A stretch of 64,000 nucleotides of DNA from contig OZ223300.1 of the NCBI GenBank assembly GCA_965140705.1, forward strand, positions 1,888,001-1,952,000, written 5' to 3'. The position numbers and the translations under genes were made by a program. Below are positions 20,903-30,907 of the stretch, one piece after another; the stretch's first letter is position 1; each line of letters starts with the position of its first letter. Source of the stretch: an uncultured Arcobacter sp. (GTDB lineage Bacteria > Campylobacterota > Campylobacteria > Campylobacterales > Arcobacteraceae). The notes beneath the pieces are model-generated. The model ran no database searches. It saw only the letters and a list, made by a program, of their open reading frames with translations, and was not told the origin of the DNA.

Positions 20903-22201
20903 TTAGTTATAAGGTCTATTAAGCATATGTTTTCTAACCAATCGTCCATAAATTCCTTCAAATATTATTGATATGATAATAAAAGCAAAAAATATGATTA
21001 TAGATTGTTTATCTGTAAAAAAAGTATGTATAAGCAGAGTTAATAATGCCACAAAACTAATAAGACAAGAGATAGAAAGAATAATTTTATTAGCATTTAT
21101 TTTCTTATATAATTTAAATGCAGCAATATTTATAATAAAAAATATAAGTAAAAAACTAGCACTTCCTATTATTGCAATTTGCGATAAGTCAATACTATTT
21201 GCCAAAATTAAACTAAAAAAGGCAGTTACTAAAATACTTACACTAGGAATACTATTTTTCTCTTTATTAAGCTCTTTTGGAAGTTCACCTTCCATTGCAA
21301 GGATAAATCCTAATCGTCCATTTCCATAAATTGTTGCATTTATAGCTGAAAAAGTCGCTAATAGTGCAGCAATAGATACAATAGTAAAACCTATTTGTCC
21401 TAAAGCTGGCTTTGCAGCAACTGCCAAAGCATAATCTTTTGCTTTAAGCAATACACTCTCATCTACAGTTCCTACAGTAATATAAGCAATTAACATATAA
21501 AGAATAATTACTAAAATAACAGAACCATAAAAAGCTCTTGGTAAATTTGATTTTGGATTTTTTATATCCTCTGCTGCATTTGCAATAAGTTCAAACCCTT
21601 CATAAGCAACAAAAATAACCATTCCCGCAACTAAAATAGAAAAACTATCTTTCCAATTACTTGGATTGAACCTTTGTGTATCTACAAAGGAAACACTTGA
21701 AACAATAATAACTATTAATAATATTACTTTTATAATCACAATAATTGTTTCAGATTTACTTACAAACGAAGCACTAATTAGATTTATAATTAGAGGCAAA
21801 ATAATAGCTAAACTTATAAATAAATGTTTCATAAAAAATGTAGATTTATCTAAAAACAAAACTTCTGCATAAGAAGAAAAGGCAGTTGCATACAAAGAAA
21901 TAGTCACTAAATAACTTAACCAAAGTACAAAATTAACACTTCCAGATAAGAAATTATGTCCAAAAGCATTATCAATAAAACTTACAGTTCCACCTTTACT
22001 TTGGTATGTTACAGATAGTTTTGCATATGAATAAGATGTAAGTATTGCTACAAACCCAGCCAATAAAAAAGCTACAACACTAGCACCATGTGCTAAAGAT
22101 ACAGCTTCACCTAAAACAGCAAAGATACCCCCACCAACCATACCACCAACACCTATAGCAATAGCACCAAATAATCCAACACTTCTATTATTATCATTCA
22201 A
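20903..22201 (-). CDS. APC-family amino acid permease
   Basis: GGMVGGGIF and FVAYEGFELI motifs, about 12 TM segments. Confidence 0.9.
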   Translation of the reverse strand: MNDNNRSVGLFGAIAIGVGGMVGGGIFAVLGEAVSLAHGASVVAFLLAGFVAILTSYSYAKLSVTYQSKGGTVSFIDNAFGHNFLSGSVNFVLWLSYLVTISLYATAFSSYAEVLFLDKSTFFMKHLFISLAIILPLIINLISASFVSKSETIIVIIKVILLIVIIVSSVSFVDTQRFNPSNWKDSFSILVAGMVIFVAYEGFELIANAAEDIKNPKSNLPRAFYGSVILVIILYMLIAYITVGTVDESVLLKAKDYALAVAAKPALGQIGFTIVSIAALLATFSAINATIYGNGRLGFILAMEGELPKELNKEKNSIPSVSILVTAFFSLILANSIDLSQIAIIGSASFLLIFFIINIAAFKLYKKINANKIILSISCLISFVALLTLLIHTFFTDKQSIIIFFAFIIISIIFEGIYGRLVRKHMLNRPYN

Positions 22202-22298
22202 TTGAAAGCCTTTTGTATTTATTATATTTTACTAAATTGTTTAATTTTTTATCCTTAATCTTTTTTTTGTTAAAATCAAAAAAATACAAGGAAATATT

Positions 22299-22691
22299 TT
22301 GAATAAACCAATTAATCTATTTACAGCAACTTTTATAGCAATAATAGCAGTTTATCTATTTGTATTAGGTGAGAATAAAACAATACAAATACTAAAAGAG
22401 GACTATTTGTATATTTTAAGTTTGATTCCTATTACTTTTGCCTTTTTTTACTTTAAATTTAAACTAAAAGATTATGAAATAATTAATTTCAATAAAAATA
22501 GTGATATCTCTTTAAAATCAACAATACTATTTTTTTTAGCATTTCAAGTTTATGATTATTATTCTGAAGGTGGATTTATTGGTATGATTTCACAATGGTT
22601 TATTTATTGGATCATGGGAATAATTGCTTTACTTTTGATGGAAACTATAAATTACTACAAAAATTATAAACTAATAAAAGAGGCTGATTAA
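22299..22691 (+). CDS. Hypothetical membrane protein
   Basis: 130 aa, about 4 hydrophobic segments, AAGGA RBS with TTG start. Confidence 0.6.
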   Translation: MNKPINLFTATFIAIIAVYLFVLGENKTIQILKEDYLYILSLIPITFAFFYFKFKLKDYEIINFNKNSDISLKSTILFFLAFQVYDYYSEGGFIGMISQWFIYWIMGIIALLLMETINYYKNYKLIKEAD

Positions 22692-22775
22692 TTTACTTTT
22701 AGAACTTAATTTCATATACTAAACAAAGAATTAATATTTATTGCATACAATATAACAAATATTAAAGGCAAAAAT

Positions 22776-24149
22776 ATGAAAAAGTTCGATTTAATAATAA
22801 TTGGAGCAGGAAGAGCAAGTAATTTAGCTGTAACTGCTGGAAAAGCTGGTAAAAAAGTAGCCATTATAGAAAAATCAGCATTAGGAGGAACTTGTCCAAA
22901 TAGAGGTTGTGTTCCTTCAAAATTACTTATTGGTTTTGCCCATGTGGCAAATGCAATTAAAGATTCAAATAGACACTTCATAGACTCTACGATAAATAAA
23001 ATTGACCTAGAAAAAATCTTTCAAGATACAAATGAATATATCTCAAAAGTTGATGAAAAATATAAACATAGATTTAATGAAAATGTAGAAGTTTTTAAAG
23101 GAACTGGCTCTTTTGTTTCTAATAATATAGTACAAGTAAATGAAGAGCAACTAACAGCGCCTAAAATAGTAATCGCAACGGGAACAAAGCCAAAAAAACC
23201 AGAGCATGAAAAAGCTTGGACTAGTGATGATATCTTTCCACTAAAAGGTAAAGTACCAAAATCAATTACAATAATTGGTTCTGGTTTTATTGCGTGTGAA
23301 TTAGCAGGCTTTTTTTCAGCTCTTGGAGTAGAAACAACATTACTAGCACGAAGCCAACGTATCTTAGGAAAAGAAGATTATGAGATACAAGAAGTATTTA
23401 AAAATGAGTTTAGTAAAAGAGTAAATATAGAGTTTAATACAAGTGCAAAAGATGTAGAATATAAAAATGAACACTTTTCAATGACATTAGAAAATAAAGA
23501 TGGTACAAATAAAATTCATACAAGTGAAGCTTTATTGTATGCAATAGGAAGAGAATCAAATACTTCAAGCTTAAATTTGAAAAATACTTCAATACAAACA
23601 ACAGAAAAAGGATACATAAAAAGAGATGAGTTTTTTGAAACAAGTGCAAAAGGAGTCTATGTAGTAGGAGAAGCAGCAGGAGTTTATATGCTCCAACATG
23701 CAGCATCTTATGAAGTAAATCACTTAGGTAAAATATTACTTGAAGATTGTAAAGAGCCTTTACACTTCAAATATATGCCCCATGCTGTTTTTACAGAACC
23801 TGAAATTGCAAGTGTAGGTATTACAGAACAAGAAATAAAAGAGAAAAATATAGAGTATCTAGCCACAACTACAAACTGGCTAGCTAGTGCAAAAGCCATG
23901 TCAACAAGAGTAAAATATCCAATAACAAAATTTATAACAAATCCAAAAACCTATGAAATATTAGGATGTCATATGATAGGTCCAGAGAGTTCAACTATGA
24001 TGCACCAAGTTTTAACTGTAATGCACATAAACAATGATATAAGACACCTAAAAGAGATGCTTTATATCCATCCAGCAATGAGTGAAGCCTTATTACCTGC
24101 TGCTGTTGAAGCAGTAAAAGCTGTTGAACATAACAATAAAGACAAATAA
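22776..24149 (+). CDS. Dihydrolipoyl dehydrogenase / pyridine nucleotide-disulfide reductase family protein
   Basis: IIGAG, redox-active GGTCPNRGCVPSK, GSGFIACE, C-terminal HPAMSE. Confidence 0.9.
   Translation: MKKFDLIIIGAGRASNLAVTAGKAGKKVAIIEKSALGGTCPNRGCVPSKLLIGFAHVANAIKDSNRHFIDSTINKIDLEKIFQDTNEYISKVDEKYKHRFNENVEVFKGTGSFVSNNIVQVNEEQLTAPKIVIATGTKPKKPEHEKAWTSDDIFPLKGKVPKSITIIGSGFIACELAGFFSALGVETTLLARSQRILGKEDYEIQEVFKNEFSKRVNIEFNTSAKDVEYKNEHFSMTLENKDGTNKIHTSEALLYAIGRESNTSSLNLKNTSIQTTEKGYIKRDEFFETSAKGVYVVGEAAGVYMLQHAASYEVNHLGKILLEDCKEPLHFKYMPHAVFTEPEIASVGITEQEIKEKNIEYLATTTNWLASAKAMSTRVKYPITKFITNPKTYEILGCHMIGPESSTMMHQVLTVMHINNDIRHLKEMLYIHPAMSEALLPAAVEAVKAVEHNNKDK
24042..24089 (+). repeat. att core, left copy (within CDS)
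   Basis: AGACACCTAAAAGAGATGCTTTATATCCATCCAGC-A-ATGAGTGAAGCC. Confidence 0.9.
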
Positions 24150-24169
24150 AAGTCTTATTTTTTTCATAT

Positions 24170-24191
24170 TTTGTCACAAATTTGTCAGAAA
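24170..24191. repeat. 11-bp tandem repeat, candidate integrase arm-binding site
   Basis: TTTGTCACAAA TTTGTCAGAAA between the att core and the integrase 3' end. Confidence 0.4.
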
Positions 24192-24210
24192 ATGTAAGTA
24201 AAAGACTTAA

Positions 24211-24241
24211 AAAAAGGGATAACATAAGTTATTCCCTTTTT
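24211..24241. terminator. Bidirectional intrinsic terminator
   Basis: AAAAAGGGATAAC-ATAA-GTTATTCCCTTTTT hairpin between convergent genes. Confidence 0.65.
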
Positions 24242-24243
24242 AT

Positions 24244-24423
24244 CTATATTTTTAAATTTTCTAGCTGTGATCTAATACCTTCTTGATCTACATTTCCAAA
24301 CTTCAAGTAGAAATTCTCTGTAGTAGAAATATTTGTATGTTCAAGACACTTTGAAACTGTCGCCAATGGTATTTCATACTCAACAGCAACACTAACAAAT
24401 AAATGTCTAGTATTATAAAGTAG
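24244..24423 (-). pseudogene. Tyrosine integrase C-terminal remnant
   Basis: Translates LLYNTRHLFVSVAVEYEIPLATVSKCLEHTNISTTENFYLKFGNVDQEGIRSQLENLKI*. Shows box II YxxRH, LGH changed to LEH, and the catalytic Tyr; in-frame stop immediately upstream. Confidence 0.85.
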
Positions 24424-24578
24424 TTAAACTCAATATTTAGACGCTCAAGCAAAGGTTTATAATAGGTATTTACAATTTAAATTACTGATTATCACTATTT
24501 AAAATCAAAGTATAAAGCTAATTATGTAAATCATTATAATATAATTATGTCCCTATAAAAAACTAAAGGAAAAACTAA

Positions 24579-26057
24579 TTGCTATTTAATTCATACGAAT
24601 TTATATTTGTATTTTTACCCATAACATTTTTTGTTTACTTTTACCTAAATAGTAAAAGATTAACAGAAGCCTCAAAAGCTTTTTTAGTATTTAGTTCTTT
24701 ATTCTTCTATTCTTGGTGGAATATTGTTTATTTACCTTTAATACTTATAAGTATGCTCTTTAACTATGTAATAGGTAATACTTTATCAAGGATAAAAGAA
24801 GACAATAATAAAGGCTTGCATAACAAATTCTCAAAGAAATCCATTCTAATATTTGGAATAGTTTCTAATCTATCCTTATTAGCTTATTATAAATATGCGG
24901 ATTTCTTTATATCAAATTTTAATATTATAAGTGGTTCAAATGTAAATCTTTTACATATAGTATTACCTTTAGCAATATCTTTTTTTACGTTTCAACAGAT
25001 AGCTTATTTAGTTGATAGTTATAAAGCAGAAACAAAAGAATATGATTTTCTAAACTATGCTTTGTTTGTAACTTTCTTTCCTCAACTGATAGCAGGACCA
25101 ATCGTTCACCACAAAAAGATGATGCCACAATTTGCAAATATAAGAAACAAAGTTAAAAATTATAGAAATATTGCACTTGGACTTTTTATATTCTCAATAG
25201 GATTATTCAAAAAAGTAGTAATTGCTGATACCTTAGCAGTAGGTGCTAATACAGGATTTGATGTCGCTATAACTCTTAATCTATTTGAAGCATGGGCTAC
25301 ATCTTTATCTTATACTTTCCAACTTTACTTTGATTTCTCAGGATATACAGATATGGCAATAGGAATTGCTTTACTGTTTAATATTAAATTACCTATCAAC
25401 TTTAATAGTCCATATAAAGCATTATCTATTCAAGACTTTTGGAGAAGGTGGCATATTACTTTATCAAGATTTTTAAGAGATTATATTTATATTCCTTTAG
25501 GAGGGAATAAGAAAGGTAATTTTAGAACGTATTCTAACCTTATGGCTACATTTATAATAGGTGGTTTTTGGCATGGTGCTGGTTGGACATTTTTATTTTG
25601 GGGATTTCTTCATGGTTTAGCTCTATCTATTCATAGACTGTGGCAATCTCTTGGATTTAAGATGTGGACTTGGTTAGCTTGGTTTATTACTTTCAATTTC
25701 ATTAATATTACTTGGGTATTTTTTAGAGCTAAAGAATGGGATGATGTGGTTAAAGTTTTAGGATCTATGTTTAGTTTGGATAATGTTGTTTTACCTAATG
25801 CATTATCTTCAAAATTATCATTTTTATTATCATATGGTATCAAATTTGGAGGTTTTGTGGAAAATATAAAAACAGGTAACTTAATTATAAACTGGTTAAT
25901 CTTTAGTTTTATTTTGGTTTTATTTTTTAAAAATCTCAATGATCATAGTAAATACAAGTTTTCATTTATTTCTGCATTATTCATAGCAATAATAATATTA
26001 TTAGATTTTATTTATATGTTTAATGTAAATTCAGAATTTTTATATTTTAATTTTTAG
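24579..26057 (+). CDS. MBOAT-family O-acyltransferase (AlgI/PatA-like)
   Basis: MLFNSYEF, LPLAISFFTFQ, FFPQLIAGPI, DFSGYTDMA, FWRRWHITL, GFWHGAGW. Confidence 0.93.
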   Translation: MLFNSYEFIFVFLPITFFVYFYLNSKRLTEASKAFLVFSSLFFYSWWNIVYLPLILISMLFNYVIGNTLSRIKEDNNKGLHNKFSKKSILIFGIVSNLSLLAYYKYADFFISNFNIISGSNVNLLHIVLPLAISFFTFQQIAYLVDSYKAETKEYDFLNYALFVTFFPQLIAGPIVHHKKMMPQFANIRNKVKNYRNIALGLFIFSIGLFKKVVIADTLAVGANTGFDVAITLNLFEAWATSLSYTFQLYFDFSGYTDMAIGIALLFNIKLPINFNSPYKALSIQDFWRRWHITLSRFLRDYIYIPLGGNKKGNFRTYSNLMATFIIGGFWHGAGWTFLFWGFLHGLALSIHRLWQSLGFKMWTWLAWFITFNFINITWVFFRAKEWDDVVKVLGSMFSLDNVVLPNALSSKLSFLLSYGIKFGGFVENIKTGNLIINWLIFSFILVLFFKNLNDHSKYKFSFISALFIAIIILLDFIYMFNVNSEFLYFNF

Positions 26058-26065
26058 GATTATTT

Positions 26066-27055
26066 ATGAATTACAAACTTTGGCTAAAGACTTTATTTAT
26101 TTCTTTTTTTAGTATCTTAATAATCTTTTTATATCTTATACATGACAAGTATCATAATAATGATCTTAATTCAAAGGAAAACCTTTTAAAATGTCATCCA
26201 GATATTATTTTTGCTGGAGATAGTAGGGCAGAAAGAAATCTTAATGTTAATCATGCTTTAAAAGTTTTAAATAAAAAAGAATGTAAAATTATAAATATTG
26301 CTATTAGTTCAGGTACTCCAACAATGATTGAAGATTTACTAAATAAATACCCTACAATATTTAGTAAAAGTAAATTAATAGTAAGTATTAGTCCTGTACA
26401 CTTAAATGATAATTCAAAATCAATTAATTATTTTACTCGTAGTATGATCTCGAAACTTACTTTTTTTGAACAAATCAAGACTTTTTTCCCTTTTGATATA
26501 AATACTTTATTGACACATTATTCTTTAAATTTTCAACAATTACAAATTAAAGACTATCTTTTTAAGAAAGAAAATAACAATCTTTCATTAAGTCTTAAAG
26601 ATAAAAATTTTGGTTTCTTTGGCGTTGACAGTGCACAAGCCTTTAATAACATAAAAACTGAAGATTGGTATAATAGTCCATTTTTTATAAACTATAAAGA
26701 TGGAGGTATAAAATATAAAATTATTGAAAATAGCCTAAAAAACTTAAAAAAGGGAGTTAAAAAATTATATGTTTATTCCGCACCATATGATGAATCAATT
26801 TTTAATGACAAAAAGGGAAGAAAACTCTATGATTTTGAGATATCATTTAAAGAAAAACTACAAAGAATATGCGAAGAAAACAATATAACATGTAAACAAT
26901 ATTTACATCTAGAAGAATTAGACCATTCTGATTTTTATGATGCTGCACATTTAAATGTTAAAGGGTCTAAAAAATTCACAACTATACTATTGAGAGATTT
27001 TGGACTAGTCCCAATGCCTGATAAAAACAATATAAAAAGGAGGAAGATTAAATAA
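26066..27055 (+). CDS. Membrane-anchored SGNH-like protein (probable periplasmic partner of the MBOAT)
   Basis: N-terminal TM, GDSRA block I, and DxxH (FYDAAHLN). Confidence 0.7.
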   Translation: MNYKLWLKTLFISFFSILIIFLYLIHDKYHNNDLNSKENLLKCHPDIIFAGDSRAERNLNVNHALKVLNKKECKIINIAISSGTPTMIEDLLNKYPTIFSKSKLIVSISPVHLNDNSKSINYFTRSMISKLTFFEQIKTFFPFDINTLLTHYSLNFQQLQIKDYLFKKENNNLSLSLKDKNFGFFGVDSAQAFNNIKTEDWYNSPFFINYKDGGIKYKIIENSLKNLKKGVKKLYVYSAPYDESIFNDKKGRKLYDFEISFKEKLQRICEENNITCKQYLHLEELDHSDFYDAAHLNVKGSKKFTTILLRDFGLVPMPDKNNIKRRKIK

Positions 27056-27976
27056 AAAAGATTATAAAAATAATTACCTTACTTTTTATAAGTATATATT
27101 TTATAAAAAATAGTCATTATATTAGTTACTTAAATGGAGATAAAGTTGTAATTGCAGTGGTAGGAGATAGTACAACTGCAGGATTTGGGGTAACGGGGGG
27201 GGCCTAAAAAATGGACTAATGGGTTAGCATATTGGTGTACAAATCAGTCTAGACATGAAAACCTAGAACCTTTATCCTCTGATGGAATAACTCCAAATCC
27301 TTTTTATATTAATACAAAAGGTTTTCCTACTTCTGAACAACAAAATAATCTAAACTTAGAAACTGCAGTGAGACTTTTAAAAACTAAGGTTCAATCCAAA
27401 AATGTTAATTCAAATATTTATAACTTTGGAGTAGCTGGATGGACGGCAAGAGATCATATTGATAATAAAACAATACAAAAAGTTGCTTCTCTTGTCGATA
27501 GACCAAATATTATATTTATTAATCTAGGTATTAATAGTGCTAAAAAAAACTTAAGCCAAGATCATGATTTAAGAATATTGATTGAGCAAGTTCTTTCCTA
27601 TAATATCCTTCCTGTTCTTATTAAACCAAATAATATTGGAGTAGCTGACAATTCTAAAGGTGTATGGAAATTGGATTCTTGCCCAGACAATTGGTATTTA
27701 ATGGATAATTGGCAAAATGTAAGAGATAATATTGAAGAAGTTGCAAAGGACTATAATTTACCAGTAATTGATTTAGGAAGTGACAATACATTGGGTGATA
27801 TTTCTTTACTTTATGATAGTTTTCATCCTTCAAAACTCGGACACAAAGCTATTTTTGTTATTTATAATACTTGGTTGGAAAAACATATTTTGATAAAAAT
27901 TCTAGGTTACAATATTGTAGTTGAAAATGATTATATATTAAATATAAGGAAATATTATCAATATTTAAAATTATGA
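27052..27976 (+). pseudogene. SGNH/GDSL hydrolase, frameshifted at G8 (27195-27202), with ATA in place of a start codon
   Basis: Frame 1 gives signal anchor + VVGDSTTAG then stops. Frame 2 is open from 27203 through NFGVAG, GINS and YDSFHP. Removing one G fuses them. Confidence 0.8.
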
Positions 27977-28261
27977 GTAGAAAATAAAAAAAGGAAATGA
28001 AATCATCTACTCTTTAAATCTGCAGTCCAACTCTAAAGTTAAGAGCTAACATTGTCTTTGTTCTATATTTATCTTTCTATGTTGAAATTATAAAATGGTC
28101 TAAACACCTATATCTAATTGATAAAGGAATTGTATTTTAAACAATTGGAAAGTATAAATCGTTGTTTTTCGATTTGAAATATAAAGAAAATTTCAAGAGG
28201 TACTGTCCTGACTTCTTCAAATAGGTTTCTATAGGCTTTATATCCATTACAGGATTACTCT

Positions 28262-28363
28262 AGACACCTAAAAGAGATGCTTTATATCCATCCAGCGATG
28301 AGTGAAGCCCTACTTCCAGTAGCTGTTACAGCTGTAAAAGAAATAGAAAAATATAATAAATAA
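28262..28363 (+). pseudogene. Displaced 3' end of the disulfide reductase gene (att right copy)
   Basis: Encodes RHLKEMLYIHPAMSEALLPVAVTAVKEIEKYNK*, versus RHLKEMLYIHPAMSEALLPAAVEAVKAVEHNNKDK* in the intact gene. Confidence 0.88.
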
Positions 28364-28382
28364 TCTATATTTTTCTATAAAG

Positions 28383-29000
28383 TTATGATAAAAATTTAAA
28401 GGCAGAGTTAATACCTATTATTAACATCTGCACTCCAATAACTGCTAAAATTAAGCCCATCAATCTTGTAACTAAACTAAGTCCATGTTCACCAAAAGTA
28501 GATACAATTTTAGAACTAAATATAAAACAAATATAAGTAATAATACACAAAATAGCAAAAACAACAACAGTAATAATAATCTCAATCCAACCACCACTTG
28601 CAGAATAATTCATTGCTGTTGCAATAGTTCCAGGACCTGCTAATAGTGGAACAGCTAAAGGAGATATAGCTACATCTGTATCTTCACTCTCTTTTGCTGT
28701 ATGCATCTTAGAATTTGAACCTTGAAGCATATGATACCCCACCAAAAATATCAAAATACCTCCAGTTATTTTTAAAGCAGGAAGAGTTATTCCAAATAGA
28801 TGAAAAATCGATTTACCTAAAATTGCAAATAAAACTATTATCACAAAAGTTATAATCAAAGATTTTTTAGCAATCATTTTTTGAGTAGCTTGATTCTCAT
28901 TACCAGTAAGTGCTGCAAAAACAGTAGTATTTGCAATAGGATTCATAATTGCAAAAAAAGCCATAAAAACAGTAAGTGCATGTTCTATTTCTAAATTCAT
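28383..29000 (-). CDS. MarC-family membrane protein
   Basis: FAIMNPI, PLAVPLLAGPG, TRLMGLIL. Confidence 0.9.
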   Translation of the reverse strand: MNLEIEHALTVFMAFFAIMNPIANTTVFAALTGNENQATQKMIAKKSLIITFVIIVLFAILGKSIFHLFGITLPALKITGGILIFLVGYHMLQGSNSKMHTAKESEDTDVAISPLAVPLLAGPGTIATAMNYSASGGWIEIIITVVVFAILCIITYICFIFSSKIVSTFGEHGLSLVTRLMGLILAVIGVQMLIIGINSAFKFLS

Positions 29001-29146
29001 TTTCTCTCTTTTTTAATTAAGGTTTTAAGTAAACAAGCAGATTTTTAAAACTTGTACTACTTTTATTATCACTTATTTTCATTTTTTTCAATACCAAACT
29101 CATCCCAATCATTCCATCCAGAAAAAGTTAAGGATTTTTGTTTATT

Positions 29147-29437
29147 TTAAATATCAAAAAGTTTTAAAACTGTTGTTTTCTCCCGAAATAGTGGACTTTT
29201 AGAATCTGCTTCAATCATATGAGCAGTTTTATCATGTGCCAAAAGTGCCTCTTTAGAAGCCCATTTTTCAAGAATAATAAATCTATTTTTATCTCCTTGT
29301 ACTTCTTTTAATTCATATTGAATACATCCCTCTTCTTTTAATACAAGGGGAGCCAATTCTTTAAAGGCTTCAATTTGTTTATACCTTAGCCCATCTTTTA
29401 CTACGATATCAATGATTAATGATATTTCCGAATTCAT
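29147..29437 (-). CDS. Putative quinol monooxygenase (ABM domain)
   Basis: EEGCIQYEL...ILEKWAS..AL.AH..TAHM. Confidence 0.85.
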   Translation of the reverse strand: MNSEISLIIDIVVKDGLRYKQIEAFKELAPLVLKEEGCIQYELKEVQGDKNRFIILEKWASKEALLAHDKTAHMIEADSKSPLFREKTTVLKLFDI

Positions 29438-29460
29438 TTAATTTTCCTTTTGTATATTTA

Positions 29461-30078
29461 TTATTGTTGATTTGCAAAAGCTAATTTTATCCCTAATAAA
29501 GCAAATGTTCCAGCAAAAGCTCGCTGTATAAATCTACTAATTTTTTGAGAATTAATTAAATAATTTCGAATACTATTTGCAAGTAATCCATATAAAATAA
29601 AAACAATAAAAGTCATAAGCATAAAGATTGCACCTAAGCTTAACATATTAGTTGTATAAGAGGCATTATTTATTGGTAGAAATTGTGGTAAAAAAGCTAA
29701 GAAGAAGATTGTAAGTTTAGGATTTAATATATTAATCAAAAATCCTTTTAAGGCTATCGATAACACTCCTTTAGCATTAATTTCTTCATTTAAAGATAAA
29801 GAATCATTTGATTTCCACATCAAGTATGCTAAATATAATAAATAAACAACTCCTGCATATTTTACTATTTGAAATGCAAGAGCACTAGTATGAATAACAA
29901 CAGCCAATCCTAAAATACTTGCTAAAAGAGAAGGAACAATACCTAAAGTACATCCAAGTGAAGCAAAAAAGCTAGCTTTTTTACCAAAAAATAGTCCTGT
30001 GGAAATAGTATATAAAACACCTGTTCCAGGTATTAAAACTACAACTAAAGAAGTAAGTAAAAATTCCATACTTATCAT
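29461..30078 (-). CDS. LysE/RhtB-family exporter
   Basis: PGTG, KYAGVVYLLYL, NILNPK. Confidence 0.9.
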   Translation of the reverse strand: MISMEFLLTSLVVVLIPGTGVLYTISTGLFFGKKASFFASLGCTLGIVPSLLASILGLAVVIHTSALAFQIVKYAGVVYLLYLAYLMWKSNDSLSLNEEINAKGVLSIALKGFLINILNPKLTIFFLAFLPQFLPINNASYTTNMLSLGAIFMLMTFIVFILYGLLANSIRNYLINSQKISRFIQRAFAGTFALLGIKLAFANQQ

Positions 30079-30126
30079 TTATTTTCTCCAACTCCACTAA
30101 TTTATTAATAATATATCAAAATAAGA

Positions 30127-30885
30127 CTATATTATTTTTTTTGCCTTTAAAGCTTGCAATACTATTTCTTTTCTATATTTTAATTGCTTATTTGAGATAT
30201 CAGCATTTAAAGCAAAAAACCAAACACCCTTTTTACTTTTCACATAACCAACATACCAGCCAATTTTTCCTGACCACCCACTCTTTGCTTTAATTGTATA
30301 CTCTTTTGTTTTTTCTACTGTTAGTATTTTTTTAGTTATATCTATATATTTTTGTTTAAAAGGCAAATTATTATTATAAAGTCTTTTTAAAAAATCTATC
30401 TGTTCAAATGAAGATATTTTCAAATCACCTTCCAACCAAAAAGTTGTCACATCTGAACCTGTCTTTTCATTACCATAATGTAATTCTTTTAGATAAGCTA
30501 AATATTTATCATTACCAATTTTTTTTGCAAATCTTTGATAGCACCAGACACAAGATATTGAAATAGCACTTTGTAAAGTTTGATCTTTATTCCAAGCCCC
30601 ATAAGACCTTACAACTCCATCCCATTTTATAACTTCATTTTCATCTTTTATCACTCTTTCCTCAAGTGCAATAAGTGTATTTGGTATCTTAAATGTAGAA
30701 GCTGGGATATATCTAGTCATTGCTCTTTTTTTATTATAGATATACTCTTTTTTACCATCTAATGATGAAATAACTAAGGTTCCATTAACTTGTGTTTTAT
30801 CAAATATATTTTTCAACTCTTTATCATTGGCACATAATAAATTAAAAAACAAACTTAACAAAATAATTATTTTAAAAATTCCCAT
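30127..30885 (-). CDS. blaOXA: Class D (OXA-type) beta-lactamase
   Basis: Signal peptide; PASTFK, SCV (SxV), YGN, FWLEG.L.IS, KSG, and GWYVG motifs. Confidence 0.9.
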   Translation of the reverse strand: MGIFKIIILLSLFFNLLCANDKELKNIFDKTQVNGTLVISSLDGKKEYIYNKKRAMTRYIPASTFKIPNTLIALEERVIKDENEVIKWDGVVRSYGAWNKDQTLQSAISISCVWCYQRFAKKIGNDKYLAYLKELHYGNEKTGSDVTTFWLEGDLKISSFEQIDFLKRLYNNNLPFKQKYIDITKKILTVEKTKEYTIKAKSGWSGKIGWYVGYVKSKKGVWFFALNADISNKQLKYRKEIVLQALKAKKII

Positions 30886-30907
30886 TAATTTCCCTTTTAA
30901 CTTTTAC

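Larger units (their letters stand above)
24042..28363. mobile_element. Decayed integrative element inserted in the 3' end of the disulfide reductase gene
   Basis: Direct repeat at 24042-24089 and 28262-28309 (47/48 identical), an integrase remnant next to the left copy, and unrelated cargo in between. Confidence 0.85.

Noticed and set aside
29068..29146. Possible gene fragment on the minus strand (...SLTFSGWNDWDELGIEKNENK*)
   Set aside because: Too short, no start codon, and no family recognised.
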